64,000 nt of DNA, taken from Squalus acanthias (Eukaryota). Shown here one piece after another: positions 26,013 through 37,178 of the stretch. The notes under the pieces were generated by a model, which worked only from the letters and a program-made list of their open reading frames with translations, was not told the origin of the DNA and did no database searches. The position numbers and the translations under genes are program-made. Each line of letters begins with the position of its first letter. Position 1 is the first letter of the stretch. The DNA is taken from contig CM059431.1 in the NCBI GenBank assembly GCA_030390025.1, forward strand, positions 119,042,001 to 119,106,000, read 5' to 3'.

Positions 26013-28206
26013 AGGCTCCGATATTTACTCCTGGCCGTGAAAAGAGTGGAGGGAAGGATTTCCGGACCGGAAACATGGAAGAAATTAACTGTAGGATGCC
26101 TTTAACATTTATTCGGCAGTTTCCCGCCCGACAGGCAGCCTGATTGACAGGCTGTCGGGCGGGAAAGCAGCTGGGGAGCGGAAGTCAGGTAAGTAGGAGA
26201 TTACAGGAGGGGGAGTGGTGGAGTCGGAGTTCGGGGAGTGGGGGGGAGTCGGAGGTCGGGGGTTGAGGGAGTCGGAGATCTCGGGGGTGGTGGGGGAGTC
26301 GGAGATTGAGGTGTTGGGGGAGTCAGAGATCGCGGGCTGGTGGGGGAGTCGGAGATGCGGAAGTGGGGGAATCAGAGATTGAGGTGTTGGGGGAGTCGGA
26401 GATCGCGGGGGTGGTGGGGGAGTCGGGGATCGCGGTGTTAGGGGAGTCGGAGATCGCGGTATTAGGGGAGTCGGGGATCAAGGTGTTGGGGGAGTCAGAG
26501 ATCCAGGTGTTGGGGGAGTCAGAGATCGAGGTGTTGGGGGAGTCGGAGATCGAGGTGTTGGGGGAGTCGGAGATCGAGGTATTAGGGGAGTCGGGGATCA
26601 AGGTGTTGGGGGAGTCAGAGATCGAGGTGTTGGGGGAGTCGGAGATCGAGGTGTTGGGGGAGTCGGAGATCGAGGTGTTGGGGGAGTCAGAGATTGCGGG
26701 GGTGGTGCAGGAGTCAGAGATCGAGGTGTTGGGGGAGTCAGAGATCGAGGTGTTAGGGGAGTCGGGGATCAAGGTGTTGGGGGAGTCAGAGATCGAGGTG
26801 TTGGGGGAGTCAGAGATCGAGGTGTTGGGGGAGTCGGAGATCGAGGTGTTGGGGGAGTCGGAGATCGAGGTGTTGGGGGAGTCGGAGATCGAGGTGTTGG
26901 GGGAGTCGGAGATCGAGGTGTTGGGGGAGTCGGAGATCGAGGTGTTAGGGGGAGTCAGAGATCGAGGTGTTGGGGGAGTCGGAGATCGAGGTGGTGGGGG
27001 AGTCAGAGTTCGAGGTGTTGGGGGAGTCGGAGATCGAGGTGTTGGGGGAGTCGGAGATCGAGGTGTTGGGGGAGTCGGAGATCGAGGTGTTGGGGGAGTC
27101 AGAGATCGCGGGGTGGTGGGGGAGTCAGAGATCGAGGTGTTGGGGGAGTCGGAGATCGAGGTGTTAGGGGAGTCGGAGATCGAGGTGTTGGGGGAGTTGG
27201 AGATCAAGGTGCTGGGGAAGTCGGAGATCGAGGTGTTGGGGGAGTCGCAGATCGGGGTGTTGGGGGAGTCGCAGATCGAGGTGTTGGGGGAGTTGGAGAT
27301 CGAGCTGTTGGGGGAGTCGGAGATCGAGGTGTTAGGGGAATCAGAGATCAGGGGTTGGGGGAGTCAGAGATCGAGGTGTTGGGGGGAGTCGGAGCTCGAG
27401 GTGTTGGGGGAGTCGGAGATCGAGGGGGTGGGGGAGTCAGAGATCGAGGTGTTGGGGGAGTTGGAGATCGAGGTGTTGGGGGAGTCGGAGATCGAGGGGG
27501 TGGGGGAGTCGGAGATCGAGGTGTTGGGGGAGTCGGAGATCGAGGAGGTGGGGGAGTCAGAGATCGAGGTGATGGGGGAGTCGGAGATCGAGGTGTTGGG
27601 GGAGTCAGAGATCGAGGTGGTGGGGGAGTCAGAGATCGAGGGTTGGAGGAGTCGGAGATCGAGGTGGTGGGTGAATCGGAGATCTCGGAGTGGTGGGTGA
27701 GTCGGAGATTGAGGTGTTGGGGGAGTCGGAGATCTCGGGATGGTGGATGAGTCAGAGATCGAGGTGTTGGGGGAATCGGAGATTGCGGGGGTGGTGGTGG
27801 AGTCGGAGAGCGAGGTGTTGGGGGAGGGTCAGCCGAACGCGGGGTGTGTAAAGTGGTTAACTTGTTGGGCCTGGAGGAAGCACTCCTGCTCCTCCTGGCC
27901 CACACGCAGTGCTGTAAATGTACTTACCTCATGGATCCGGCCCTACTCACATTCTTTTACGAGCCGGGATTCCCGAGCCCCAGGAAACCCGGCCTTCATG
28001 GGTTAACAATAAAAATCCTGTTAAAATGGAGACACGCAGCCTCCTTTAAAGAGTTTACTGATAAACCCACGTCCTGAAAGCGGATTGGACACCCGCTCCC
28101 TGACCCGCCTCCGTTAAAACTGGAAGTGGGCAGGTGTTAGATTTAATTTTTTTTTATCTCCCACCCGTCCCCAGCCCACCTATCCTTGGGGGTTAAAATT
28201 ACCCCC
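26013..28206. mobile_element. MITE-like element hosting an expanded minisatellite
   Basis: Right end ggttaaaattaccccc matches the TIR-like start at 30642. Left end is approximate. Confidence 0.55.
26215..27825. repeat. G-rich minisatellite, 24-bp unit GAGATCGAGGTGTTGGGGGAGTCG, roughly 65 units
   Basis: Direct tandem repetition; translates as (EIEVLGES)n. Confidence 0.97.
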
Positions 28207-28757
28207 AAACATTTTGATTGCCCTATTGGGCCGGATTTTACTGTAGAAATAATGGTGAGACTAACAGCGCTCACTGTTATTACAGTGTAAATTGGACTGC
28301 AACTTCTGGCGACCGCAAATGCTCAGGTAAACGCGGAAATCAGAAAGGTGCTGTCTGAGTTGCCCTGCTCCTCCAAAAGCTGCGCTATATCAGCATATTG
28401 CCGAGAGACTCGGCATTGAAATACATGGAACGGTGTGAAGCTGCTGTACTTACGTGATAGATACACACTAAATTCGCTAGAAATAATTAGGGCTTGTCAT
28501 TCCAGTGTATGTACATTTTTAACACCATGATAAGTCTTAATTACTGCCAAAAAACCTCTCTGGCAAGTGTGGAGTCTCATTCCTTCAGATTTTAATTATT
28601 GTTGGTGATTTAAAAAAGTAAAAAAGTTTAAATATCTTTTTTTAACTTTTTCTTTCTGTCTCTTTTATCTCTCACTCTTAATCTCATCTTTCTATGTACC
28701 TCTTTATTTTGCTTTCTGTACCTGATACCTTGAATTAAACATTCCAACTGACACTCT

Positions 28758-30318
28758 GGGCCGGATTTTCCGATTGGAGGCTTCCTGCGTGCGGATGCCT
28801 CCGATCGAGAAAAATCTACGCACTTACCTGTTGGCTCCATAGGTCTCGAGACTTCCGATCCTGGGCCTCTCCACTACGAAATGCACAGAGGCCCAGGAAT
28901 CCCAGGGGCGCAGGCTGTTCGCAAGCACCCCGGGATCACATGGGCCATGGGGCACCAATCAAAGAAGGGAATCCCCTGCACACTTTTGACAGGTCTCACG
29001 CATAGATCTGTCAAAAGTATGAATGGGGATCACTTAAAAAACAGTTAAACATAAAATGAATTTTTTTTAATCACTTATTTAAACTTAGTTCAAATTACAT
29101 TAAATTAAATATTTTAAACAAAATAAAATTTTTTGAAAAAAGTAATTTAAGTTTTTTATGGGGCTAAAAATAAACTTACCATTTTTAAAAGTATTTTTAA
29201 ATGATAAATGAGTGAAAAAAAATTATTTTTTAAACTCTTCGGGGAAAAAATTTGGTTGCTTTGCGCCTCCCGTTAGTGCCCTAAGAGGGCGCTAATGGGT
29301 CGCAAAGCAACTAGCGTACGGGCGTGGCGATGTTTGTGCCGCTCGCAAAATTGACCAGACATTTTGCGGCGGCGCTAAACACTACCGCCATGATCTCCTG
29401 CACCCACAGATCGTGACGTCAGTCGAGCGTGCAATACCCCGGTAGCTCCCCAGACCGGATATTGAGTGGCGCCCCCTGCCTTACCGCCTGCCGCTAGCAA
29501 CGACAGGTTGAGGGGAACGTTTTGCAGTCGGAAGGGACTGGGGGAGTGCTATTTAAAGGCGACAGTTTCCTGACTTTTTTTGTCAGCGACATTTTTGCAC
29601 CACGCATTCTGAGAGAGAGAGAGAGAGAGAGAGACTTCTGGAGAGATTCATCGCTGTGTGAAGGAGTTTTGGGTACTGAGCAGCACTTTGCAGGTTCATT
29701 TTGATTTGAACTTCCTTGCATCGATTTAGAAGAGACTTTGGGGGCTGCACTCTGAGCCCTTTCCCTGGGCCTCTCCATTGTTCTTTCCTGCAGAATTGAT
29801 GTACAGGTCACTCCAGGCCAAGATTCAAGGCTGCAATGAGCAGGGTGTGGATGGAGAGCAAGATTGAACCTCCCCTTTAAGAACTGGCCGACGCTAGTGT
29901 GTCTGTGTTCCATTGCTGACTGACATCACATGAGCTTCGCCAGCGCTCTGAGTTAGCGCATCGCCCCTCGGCATTAGCACCTTAAGAGAGGTGTGTAGTG
30001 CCTGATTTAGCGCTCCAATCACCTCCAGGGGCGATAGAAGCCAAGTTTGCAGTCGGAGGCGATAATTAGTGCCAGGCGCTAAACTTTGCGTAAGATTTTT
30101 TAAGGTTTTCAGCGGGCGAAGGTTTTACAGAAAGTGCTACTCTCTGCCCGCGGAGGCCCTTCTCCCGGGCAAGCGGAGGATCTGTCAAGAGGATTCTTGA
30201 CACATCGGAAGTGCTGGGTTTTAGCGCATGTGCTTTGCATGCCTGAAACCCCAGTTGCGGGCCCCTACGGGTGCATACACACCTCGTACGCACCCATGGG
30301 GGTCGGAATATCCAGCCC
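28758..30318. mobile_element. Harbinger-type MITE (middle element of the nest)
   Basis: TIRs GGGCCGGATTTTCCGA and TCGGAATATCCAGCCC; flanks tct/tcc. Confidence 0.75.
29241..30090. mobile_element. Second copy of the 22368-23258 MITE, right TIR lost (inner element of the nest)
   Basis: Collinear with 22368 to about 23210 throughout. Confidence 0.9.
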
Positions 30319-30641
30319 TCCGTGCTGCTCGTTAACGATTCTTCAATCTGATTGGTTAAGGAGATACACAGTTTCTTGCCCTGTTCACACAGGTCCCAGA
30401 TCCCCTGTAGAGGGCGATGCACCGTTTTGGCTCTCTAATTACAGTAAATTCCAGTGCAAAATCCCATAGAAAGTCTGTGGGCAAGTGCAAGTGTAATGAA
30501 CAGCTGACACTGTTCGTTTGCCACTGAGATCAAAATCCGACCCAATATTGTAGCAACTGAAGTAAGGCTTAACACTCTATATTTTGTTTAATTTTTAGTA
30601 TTTTTTTTAGTGCATTGCTTTTACAAGATGATAAATATATA

Positions 30642-31765
30642 GGGGGGAATTTTAACCTAAAAAACAGGTGAGTTGGGGGCATAAGGGTAGCTAAAGTGTT
30701 AAAATTCTGAATCCCAACCAGAAACCGCCTCCGACCTGCCCACTTCGGAGGTGGGGTGTGCAGCCAATCAGCTGCCAGGAGGTGCATTGTTTATTTAAAT
30801 ATTATAATGAGGCTGGAAGCCTCTGTTTTAACCTTCATTTTGAATTTAACTTCAGCTAGTCGGGTTTTGCAAGCCTCCTAAAACATGCTAGCTAATGCAA
30901 GGCGAGGACTGCTGGATCCAGGGTCCCTACCTAATGATCGGAGAACGCCCCCTCCCCACGAGGCCTCCGTTCCCCCCAGGCCTCTGCTCCCCCCACCAGG
31001 CCTCCGATCCCCCACTCCCCCACTCCCCCCGAGGCTTCCGTTCTCCCCAGGCCTCTGCTCCCCCCACCAGGCCTCCAATCCCCCTCTCCCCCCGAGGCTT
31101 CCGTTCTCCACAGGCCTCCGATCTCCCCACCAACCCTCCGATCCGCCGCCCCCCCAGGCCTCCGATCCCCCCCTCCCCCCGAGGCTTCCGTTCCCCCCAG
31201 GCCTCTGCTCCCCCCACCAAGCTTCAGATATTCCCCACAGGGCCTCCGATCCCCACCACAAGGCCCCGCCCCCCAACCATGCTCCACTGGCACTCTGATG
31301 TCATCTGCCTCCCCACCCGCTCCTCCAGCCACCGATCTCTACTGCCCCCCCCCCAGTCTCCTCCCACCATCCCCGTGCTCCTACAGGCCCCCGATTGCTT
31401 CAGACCCTCCACCCCTCTCCCCCGCCCTCTGCTGCTCCCGGCCCCTGATCTCTTCAGACCACCCCCCCTGCTCCCGTGCTGGTGCCGGGCCCCGATCTCT
31501 ACAGAAACCCCCCCCCCACCATCTCCTCCGGCCGCCCCCTGGCCCCCACGCAATCCCTCCCTCCTTCCTCTCTGTGGCCTAGTGCCACAGGCCTACCCGT
31601 CCGGAGCCAGCCAGTCTCTCAATCTGACTGGCTGCGGATGGGAAACAGAGGCTTCCCATGCACATCAGGCCCTGCCATTAAATTTGGCAGGGCCTGAGGG
31701 AAACCCATAGTCCCGGGTCTCCCATCCGCAATCCAGCCCCCCACTGCTCCCTACCCGCCTCAATA
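30642..31765. mobile_element. MITE-like element with internal C-rich compound minisatellite (about 30950-31260)
   Basis: Starts GGGGGAATTTTAACC; repeats of cccccgaggcttccgttc and caggcctccgatcccc. Right TIR is not clear. Confidence 0.6.
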
Positions 31766-32485
31766 TGAACTGTTAGAATATATAGTTAATAGTTTAAAAA
31801 AAAATCAAAACAGTTAATTAGCCTGTAATACTTTGGATAACACTAACCCACTCATGGCAACATTTTAGATCATAAGGGAGCCATTTTAGAATTAAGCAAA
31901 AAATAAGAATGACATAGAATTAGTTCTTAAAGCCTTTCCTTCCCTTATCTAACTCGGACATCATTGATGATCTGGGAGCTTTTACCATGTGAAGCAATAC
32001 CTCAGCTAAAGACCTACAACTATTAAACCTTATACTTCATGGCAATTAAATTAAACAGGGGTAAAAATCATTGGTTCTGTGCTTGCCAGAAGCATAAATA
32101 CACAGACCGTTTTAATTAGTTTGTTCATTAGCAGCACTGCGGTTGCTAGAAGAGCTTTTGTTGCACTCCATGCTATTTTATGAAGGACATGCCAGATGAT
32201 AACCCAGCTTCAATGAACAGTGAACACTCTGATATGTGGAGAGAAGATAGTACTACGGAAATCACGTGGCGTTGGTCATGACTGAACTATGCCTCCTACG
32301 GTATAAACACTTTCATGTCGGTGGTACACTGGAACTTTCATTTAAAATAGGCTACAAGACGTCGTTGATCAGCATATTATTTTCTTTATTGTAAACCATC
32401 AAATAAAAGCAACAAAATTGCATTAACATGTCAACAATTTGATTAATATATTCTATAAATGTGTTGTTTTCATTTCTCTCTCCAG

Positions 32486-32541
32486 GTTCAAACAGTTAAG
32501 CAACATGAGGAATTCTGAGAACTCTAACCTACAGGGAGAAG
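32486..32541 (+). CDS. Putative host-gene exon (FKQLSN)MRNSENSNLQGE-G; gene unidentified
   Basis: Strong acceptor ttttcatttctctctccag, donor AAG/gtacaa, open frame, phase-1 end, non-repetitive context. Confidence 0.55.
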
Positions 32542-32724
32542 GTACAATATATTTATAAACATATTATAAATTGTCTTCAGGTACTCAGAATATCATATTA
32601 TAAATTATCTTCTGAACACCTGAGGATGATTTATAATATATTTGTGAAAAATTACAAACAAAGTAGCTTCTTTGTGTGTTTTTAACTTCTACTCTTTAAC
32701 TCCACCCTCCCCTGTACTGAATGT

Positions 32725-33238
32725 GAGACATGAACTTGAGCTCATCCAAAACTCTGCTGCCCCTATACTAACTCACACCAAGTTCTGTTCACCCATCACC
32801 CCTGTGCTCGCTGACCTACATTGGCTGCCGGTTGGGCAACTCCTCGATTTAAAAATTCTCATCCTTGCTTTCAAATCCCTCCATGGCCACATCCCTCCTT
32901 ATCTCTGTAACCTCCTCCAACCCTACAACACTCCAAGATCTCTATGCTACTCCAATTCTGGTCTCTTGCGCAACTTCAATTTTAATCGCTCCACCATTAG
33001 TAGCAATGCCTTCAACTGCCTAGGCCCTACGCTCTGGAATTCCCTCCCTAAACCTCTCCGCCTGTCTACCTCTCTCTCCTCCTTTAAGACACTCCTTAAA
33101 ACTTACTTCTTTGGTCATCTGACCTAATATCTCCTTATGTGGCTTGGTGTCAAATTTTGTTTGATAACGCTCCTGTGAAGCGCCTTGGGACGTTTTACTA
33201 TGTTTAAAGGCGCTATATAAATGAAAGTTGTTGTTGTT
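32725..33238 (+). mobile_element. L2-clade LINE 3' end
   Basis: LIQNSAA..ITPVLADLHWLPV..LWNSLP..LKTY peptide and (gtt)n tail. Confidence 0.9.
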
Positions 33239-33427
33239 GATTTGAAATCCCTCAGATCTGTTCAGAAACTGACATTTAACTGCCTGTGGCAACAAGTCAT
33301 TCTATTGTGCACCAAGTTTAGAAATTTTTACGGTTTTTCACTGGATGTAGCACCACTCCAAACCAATTGATGCTTTCAGGTAACTGGCTGAATAAATAAG
33401 ACACAATGCAGTATATTATTATTAATA

Positions 33428-33437
33428 CATATGTATA

Positions 33438-33472
<35 letters not shown>
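33428..33472. repeat. (TA)n microsatellite
   Basis: Direct reading. Confidence 0.95.
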
Positions 33473-33473
<1 letters not shown>

Positions 33474-34011
33474 CCTAGAATACCAGCTTCTATTCTATAT
33501 ATAGATGGCAGCATCTTTTGTTTGGCATTCAGAATTATACCCGCATTAATTAAAATCTAATTGCACAGTTCTGAGAAATGCAAGTTTTCATTAGAGTAGC
33601 ATGAGATAGAATGGCCAGCACAGTTTCAGCATGAATTTACATCAGGAAAAATCCCCAGGCGAGAACTGCCAATTGTACAGTCTAGCTGCTGAGGCCCAAT
33701 TCAATTCACTGTCTAGCAGCTGCACCCATGTAACAAGGCTGAAGCCAAAACATTCTGTGTGAAGTAGCTTGAGATCCCTCTCCCCCTTTGAATTAAGAAG
33801 CGAACTGAGTTGCAACATGACAATTACGCTGCGACAATTAAGAATCTGTGTAGGTTCATCTGACATAGGGTATGCTTCACAAATATAGGCCCTTCAGTTT
33901 ACCAGGAGCATATATTGGGAATTAATGGATGGAATGGCCTGGTGAGTACACTGAGCTCTGCCTGAATCCTTGATGTGCACTCCTGGAGCAAAAAACGTGC
34001 ATTGGGTGCGC

Positions 34012-34560
34012 CACTCCACTCCCACTCTGACCTCTCCATCCTCGGCCTCTTACACTGTTCCAATGAAGCTCAACGTAAGCTCAAGGAAGAGCACCTCATC
34101 TTTCGATTAGGCACTTTACAGCCTTCTGGACTCAACATCCAGTTCAACAATTTCAGACCATAACCTCTGTCCCTATCATTATTTTTTCTCTCTCTTACAT
34201 GGCCGCTGTTGATCATTCTGCCATTGCCATTTACACTTCATCTAGAGTCATCTTTTGTTTCTTAACTTGTCCCATTACCATCTCCTTTTGCCTTGCACCA
34301 TCATCCCTTTTGTCTCTTAATCTCTCCTGCCTTCCATCCTATCACAGACCTTCCCTTTTGTTTTTTCCTCCCCTCTCCCCTCTCAGTGCCCCTACACTAG
34401 GTTAAAAACCTGTTCCATCTCCAACTTTTTCCAGTTCTGATGAAGGATCATCGACCTGAAACGTGAACTCTCTCCACAGGTGCTGCCTGACCTGCTGAGT
34501 GTTTCCAGCATTTTCTGTTTTCATTTCAGATTTCCAGCATCTGCAGTATTTTGCTTTTGT
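34012..34560 (+). mobile_element. Penelope-like element 3' fragment (GIY-YIG C-terminus plus terminal repeat)
   Basis: HSHSDLSILGLLHC...RKLKEEHLIFRLGTLQPSGLN peptide followed by a hammerhead motif. Confidence 0.85.
34433..34469 (+). ncRNA. Minimal type-I hammerhead ribozyme motif; GUG at the cleavage site, so probably inactive
   Basis: AGTT-CTGATGA-AGGATCATCGACCT-GAAA-CGTG-AACT. Confidence 0.7.
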
Positions 34561-34589
34561 AAGATCAATTAATAAGTTGGTCTCTGATC

Positions 34590-35030
34590 TTGGCAAAACT
34601 TTGGGCACCTTATCTTCAAAAAGTCAATGATCTGCTGAAGAGGGTTCAGAAGAGAAAAACCAGCATGGTTGATTCTGACACTCCAGACTCTAGCTTATGG
34701 AGAGAGAAGCAGAGAACAGAACTTATTTTCATCAGTGTAAAATCATTGAAAGAAGACATGAGCCACATTTTCAAAATGCTGAAAGGATAATGAAAAAAAA
34801 ACAAGCAGCTTATTTAGTTTGGAGTGTGAGTGCAGGGTCAGAGATTCGGAGTGACAAGTTAAAAAGCCTCAAGCCAGATTTGAGAATTAAAGTTTCTTCC
34901 CTCCGCCCATGAAGTAGTAGATATGTGGAATAGACTTTAAGCTAAAGAAGTTAATGCTGTGTTGATTAATACCTTTTAAAAATAGTTGGATAAATATTTA
35001 CTTAGAAATGGGACTGGAGTTCTAAGATTA
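34590..35030 (+). mobile_element. Old CR1 3' fragment
   Basis: WAPYLQK...LKRVQKR and gtagtagatatgtggaatag resemble the CR1 ORF2 C-terminus. Confidence 0.6.
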
Positions 35031-36711
35031 AGTACAAATCGAGGTGATTAAACACTGCATGGAACTCAGCTACTGGGACCATGGAAATGTCATAGCAAAC
35101 AAGACCACCATTCCAAGATGCATAAAGTTGGATGTATGATTAGATAAATATTCTAAGAGTTTTGCTTGATTGACCTTTGGAGTAGGGCAGAGACAATGGG
35201 GGTAATTTTCACCTGGTGGAGTGGATCGCCCACATGTTATAGAACTCGCTTGATTTTCATCCTATTTATTTCAGGATTTACGCGGACTGAGTATAGCCTG
35301 AGGTAGTATGGGTTTTACCTCATCTGTGAAAAGAACAAGCTTTTGTGGTCCAAATGGTCTTTTCCTATGTAGTGGCAGTAATAAATGGTTTACGCATTCT
35401 AAATTGAAGACTTTACTTATGCTGTCATTCTTTGTCAACCTGGTTCCATCAGATAAATGTTGTATTGATCAGGAGAATAATTTATTATATATGTGTCCTG
35501 TAAGATTAATAGTAAAGTAAAAACTTTTTTTTTTATCGGTTATATGTGTTTCTTGAAGTCCTGGCAGCAATAGGCCACTTTAGGAATGGGCAAACTAAAC
35601 ATGGTTCAGAATTTTGCTTTGGATAGAATATGTAAAATTAAGATTTTCCCAGTCTGCGACTGCCAACATTGAAAAACATTACAGAAGTTCCACCAATTAT
35701 ATGTGTGCGTAACAGTGAATCAAAAGAGAATGTTGTGTGTCCATGTGTGTCTTTGATATCTTCAGCATTGCGAAAATCATAGGTTTGGCAGGATTTGTAT
35801 GCAACCCTGCATCTGTGTGTGGTGTAGTTATGATTATTTTTAATGAGCCAAATCCAAACTATCTTGGCAATGGTTTGAATTAGTTTAACTCCTGAAATTC
35901 AGGCGAGTTTGGGGAATTGGTATTGAGCTAAATGCTGCTTTGTAGACTACATGAGCATACCTCTCCAAGCACATTCAGAGAATAAAGAATAAAGGAAAGG
36001 CTTTCACTCATTGAATATGTCAGTGGTTTGTGACTCATTACTGTACAATTGTCAGTGAGGTAGCTCAGTTTGTTCTCGGGGCTCCTCCTACATTTTAGTT
36101 AATTCTGGCCAAGCTGACAAGATGAACAGAAACCAGTCTATAGGAGGCTGTATGATGGGTGCATTTGGTCTGACTTCTTTTTTATATTCTGGTCTTGTCT
36201 TTCATGTATTGTACACGCACTCCCCTTTTTCAGGAGACAGTGGATTGCATCCAATAACTGATGTCTCATTGTAAAGCACCTCGACCCCTGCACAAGGCAG
36301 ATTCAATACGGCGTGTTGCACCACCAAATGTATCAAAAAGAGAGCTCTGAGACCCTTGATAGTGCAGTTTAGACACATCTAATGATGTGCTGTAGTACAG
36401 CCAAGAGAAAATCTGCAGCATTTTCCTGACATATTGTTTTTATACAATATATCCCTTTAGCTCTCTGCCTCTGATGGAATTGAGTCAGATTTTCAGGTAG
36501 GATGAGATCAGAATCCAAATTATAATTCTGGCTTACAGATCCTCAGCAAGACAGAATATCAGGGAGCAATAAATATGAGCTGCATTAATTTAACCCGTAT
36601 TTCTGTTGTGTGGGCACTTGTGTGAAATTATATTTAACATGCATATACAACTCTCTCCATTCAGTGGCATTAATTTTTTGTTATAATCATTTATCTGTTC
36701 ACCTCTTCTAG

Positions 36712-37178
36712 GCTGAATGTTGAGACCTGGTGGAAACGGAATGGTAGCACCCTGAAAATAGTGTGGAAGAATTGACCGCCCCATTCCCGTCGTCGCTATG
36801 GCTGTCTCCATTTTGCCAGGGTCCTCCGAATAGGCGGCTCAGGTGGCCGCCTGAAGAGGACACATAGCTGATTTTGATATTGAAATCGGGGTCCTATGTG
36901 GTCAATAGGACCCCAATAGTATTTTAGGACTGAACTGGGTGGAGCGCGTGCCGTGCACACTCCGCCGAGTATCAGCTGGGCTGAAGAAGAGGCAACAGGC
37001 AAGTTTCACTTTATTTTTGTGGGGTCGGGAGGAGCAGGAGTGCTACCCCAGGGTCCACAAAACCAGTCTGAGCTGCTGGCAGTCTGGCATCCCCACCCCC
37101 CCTCCCGTGTTTGGAGCCCCACAGACTTATCTTCTTGCGTCCTGGAGGCCAGCCGGGCCACCATATATTAAATGACCC
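36712..37178. mobile_element. GC-rich MITE-like element related to 63270-63730
   Basis: Shared block tttcactttatttttgtggggtc..gaggagcagg. Ends are approximate. Confidence 0.5.

Larger units (their letters stand above)
28228..30543. mobile_element. Harbinger-type MITE (outer element of a triple nest)
   Basis: TIRs GGGCCGGATTTT and AAAATCCGACCC; flanks att/aat. Confidence 0.7.

Noticed and set aside
26306..27700. 464-aa ORF (EIEVLGES)n and overlapping Pro-rich ORFs
   Set aside because: By-product of a stop-free 24-bp minisatellite; open in several frames on both strands and switches frame with single-base indels.
26215..27825. CRISPR-like array
   Set aside because: Head-to-tail repeats with no unique spacers, no cas genes, and a vertebrate context.
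30878..31710. Overlapping Pro/Gly-rich ORFs
   Set aside because: Low-complexity GC-rich repeat inside a MITE-like element.
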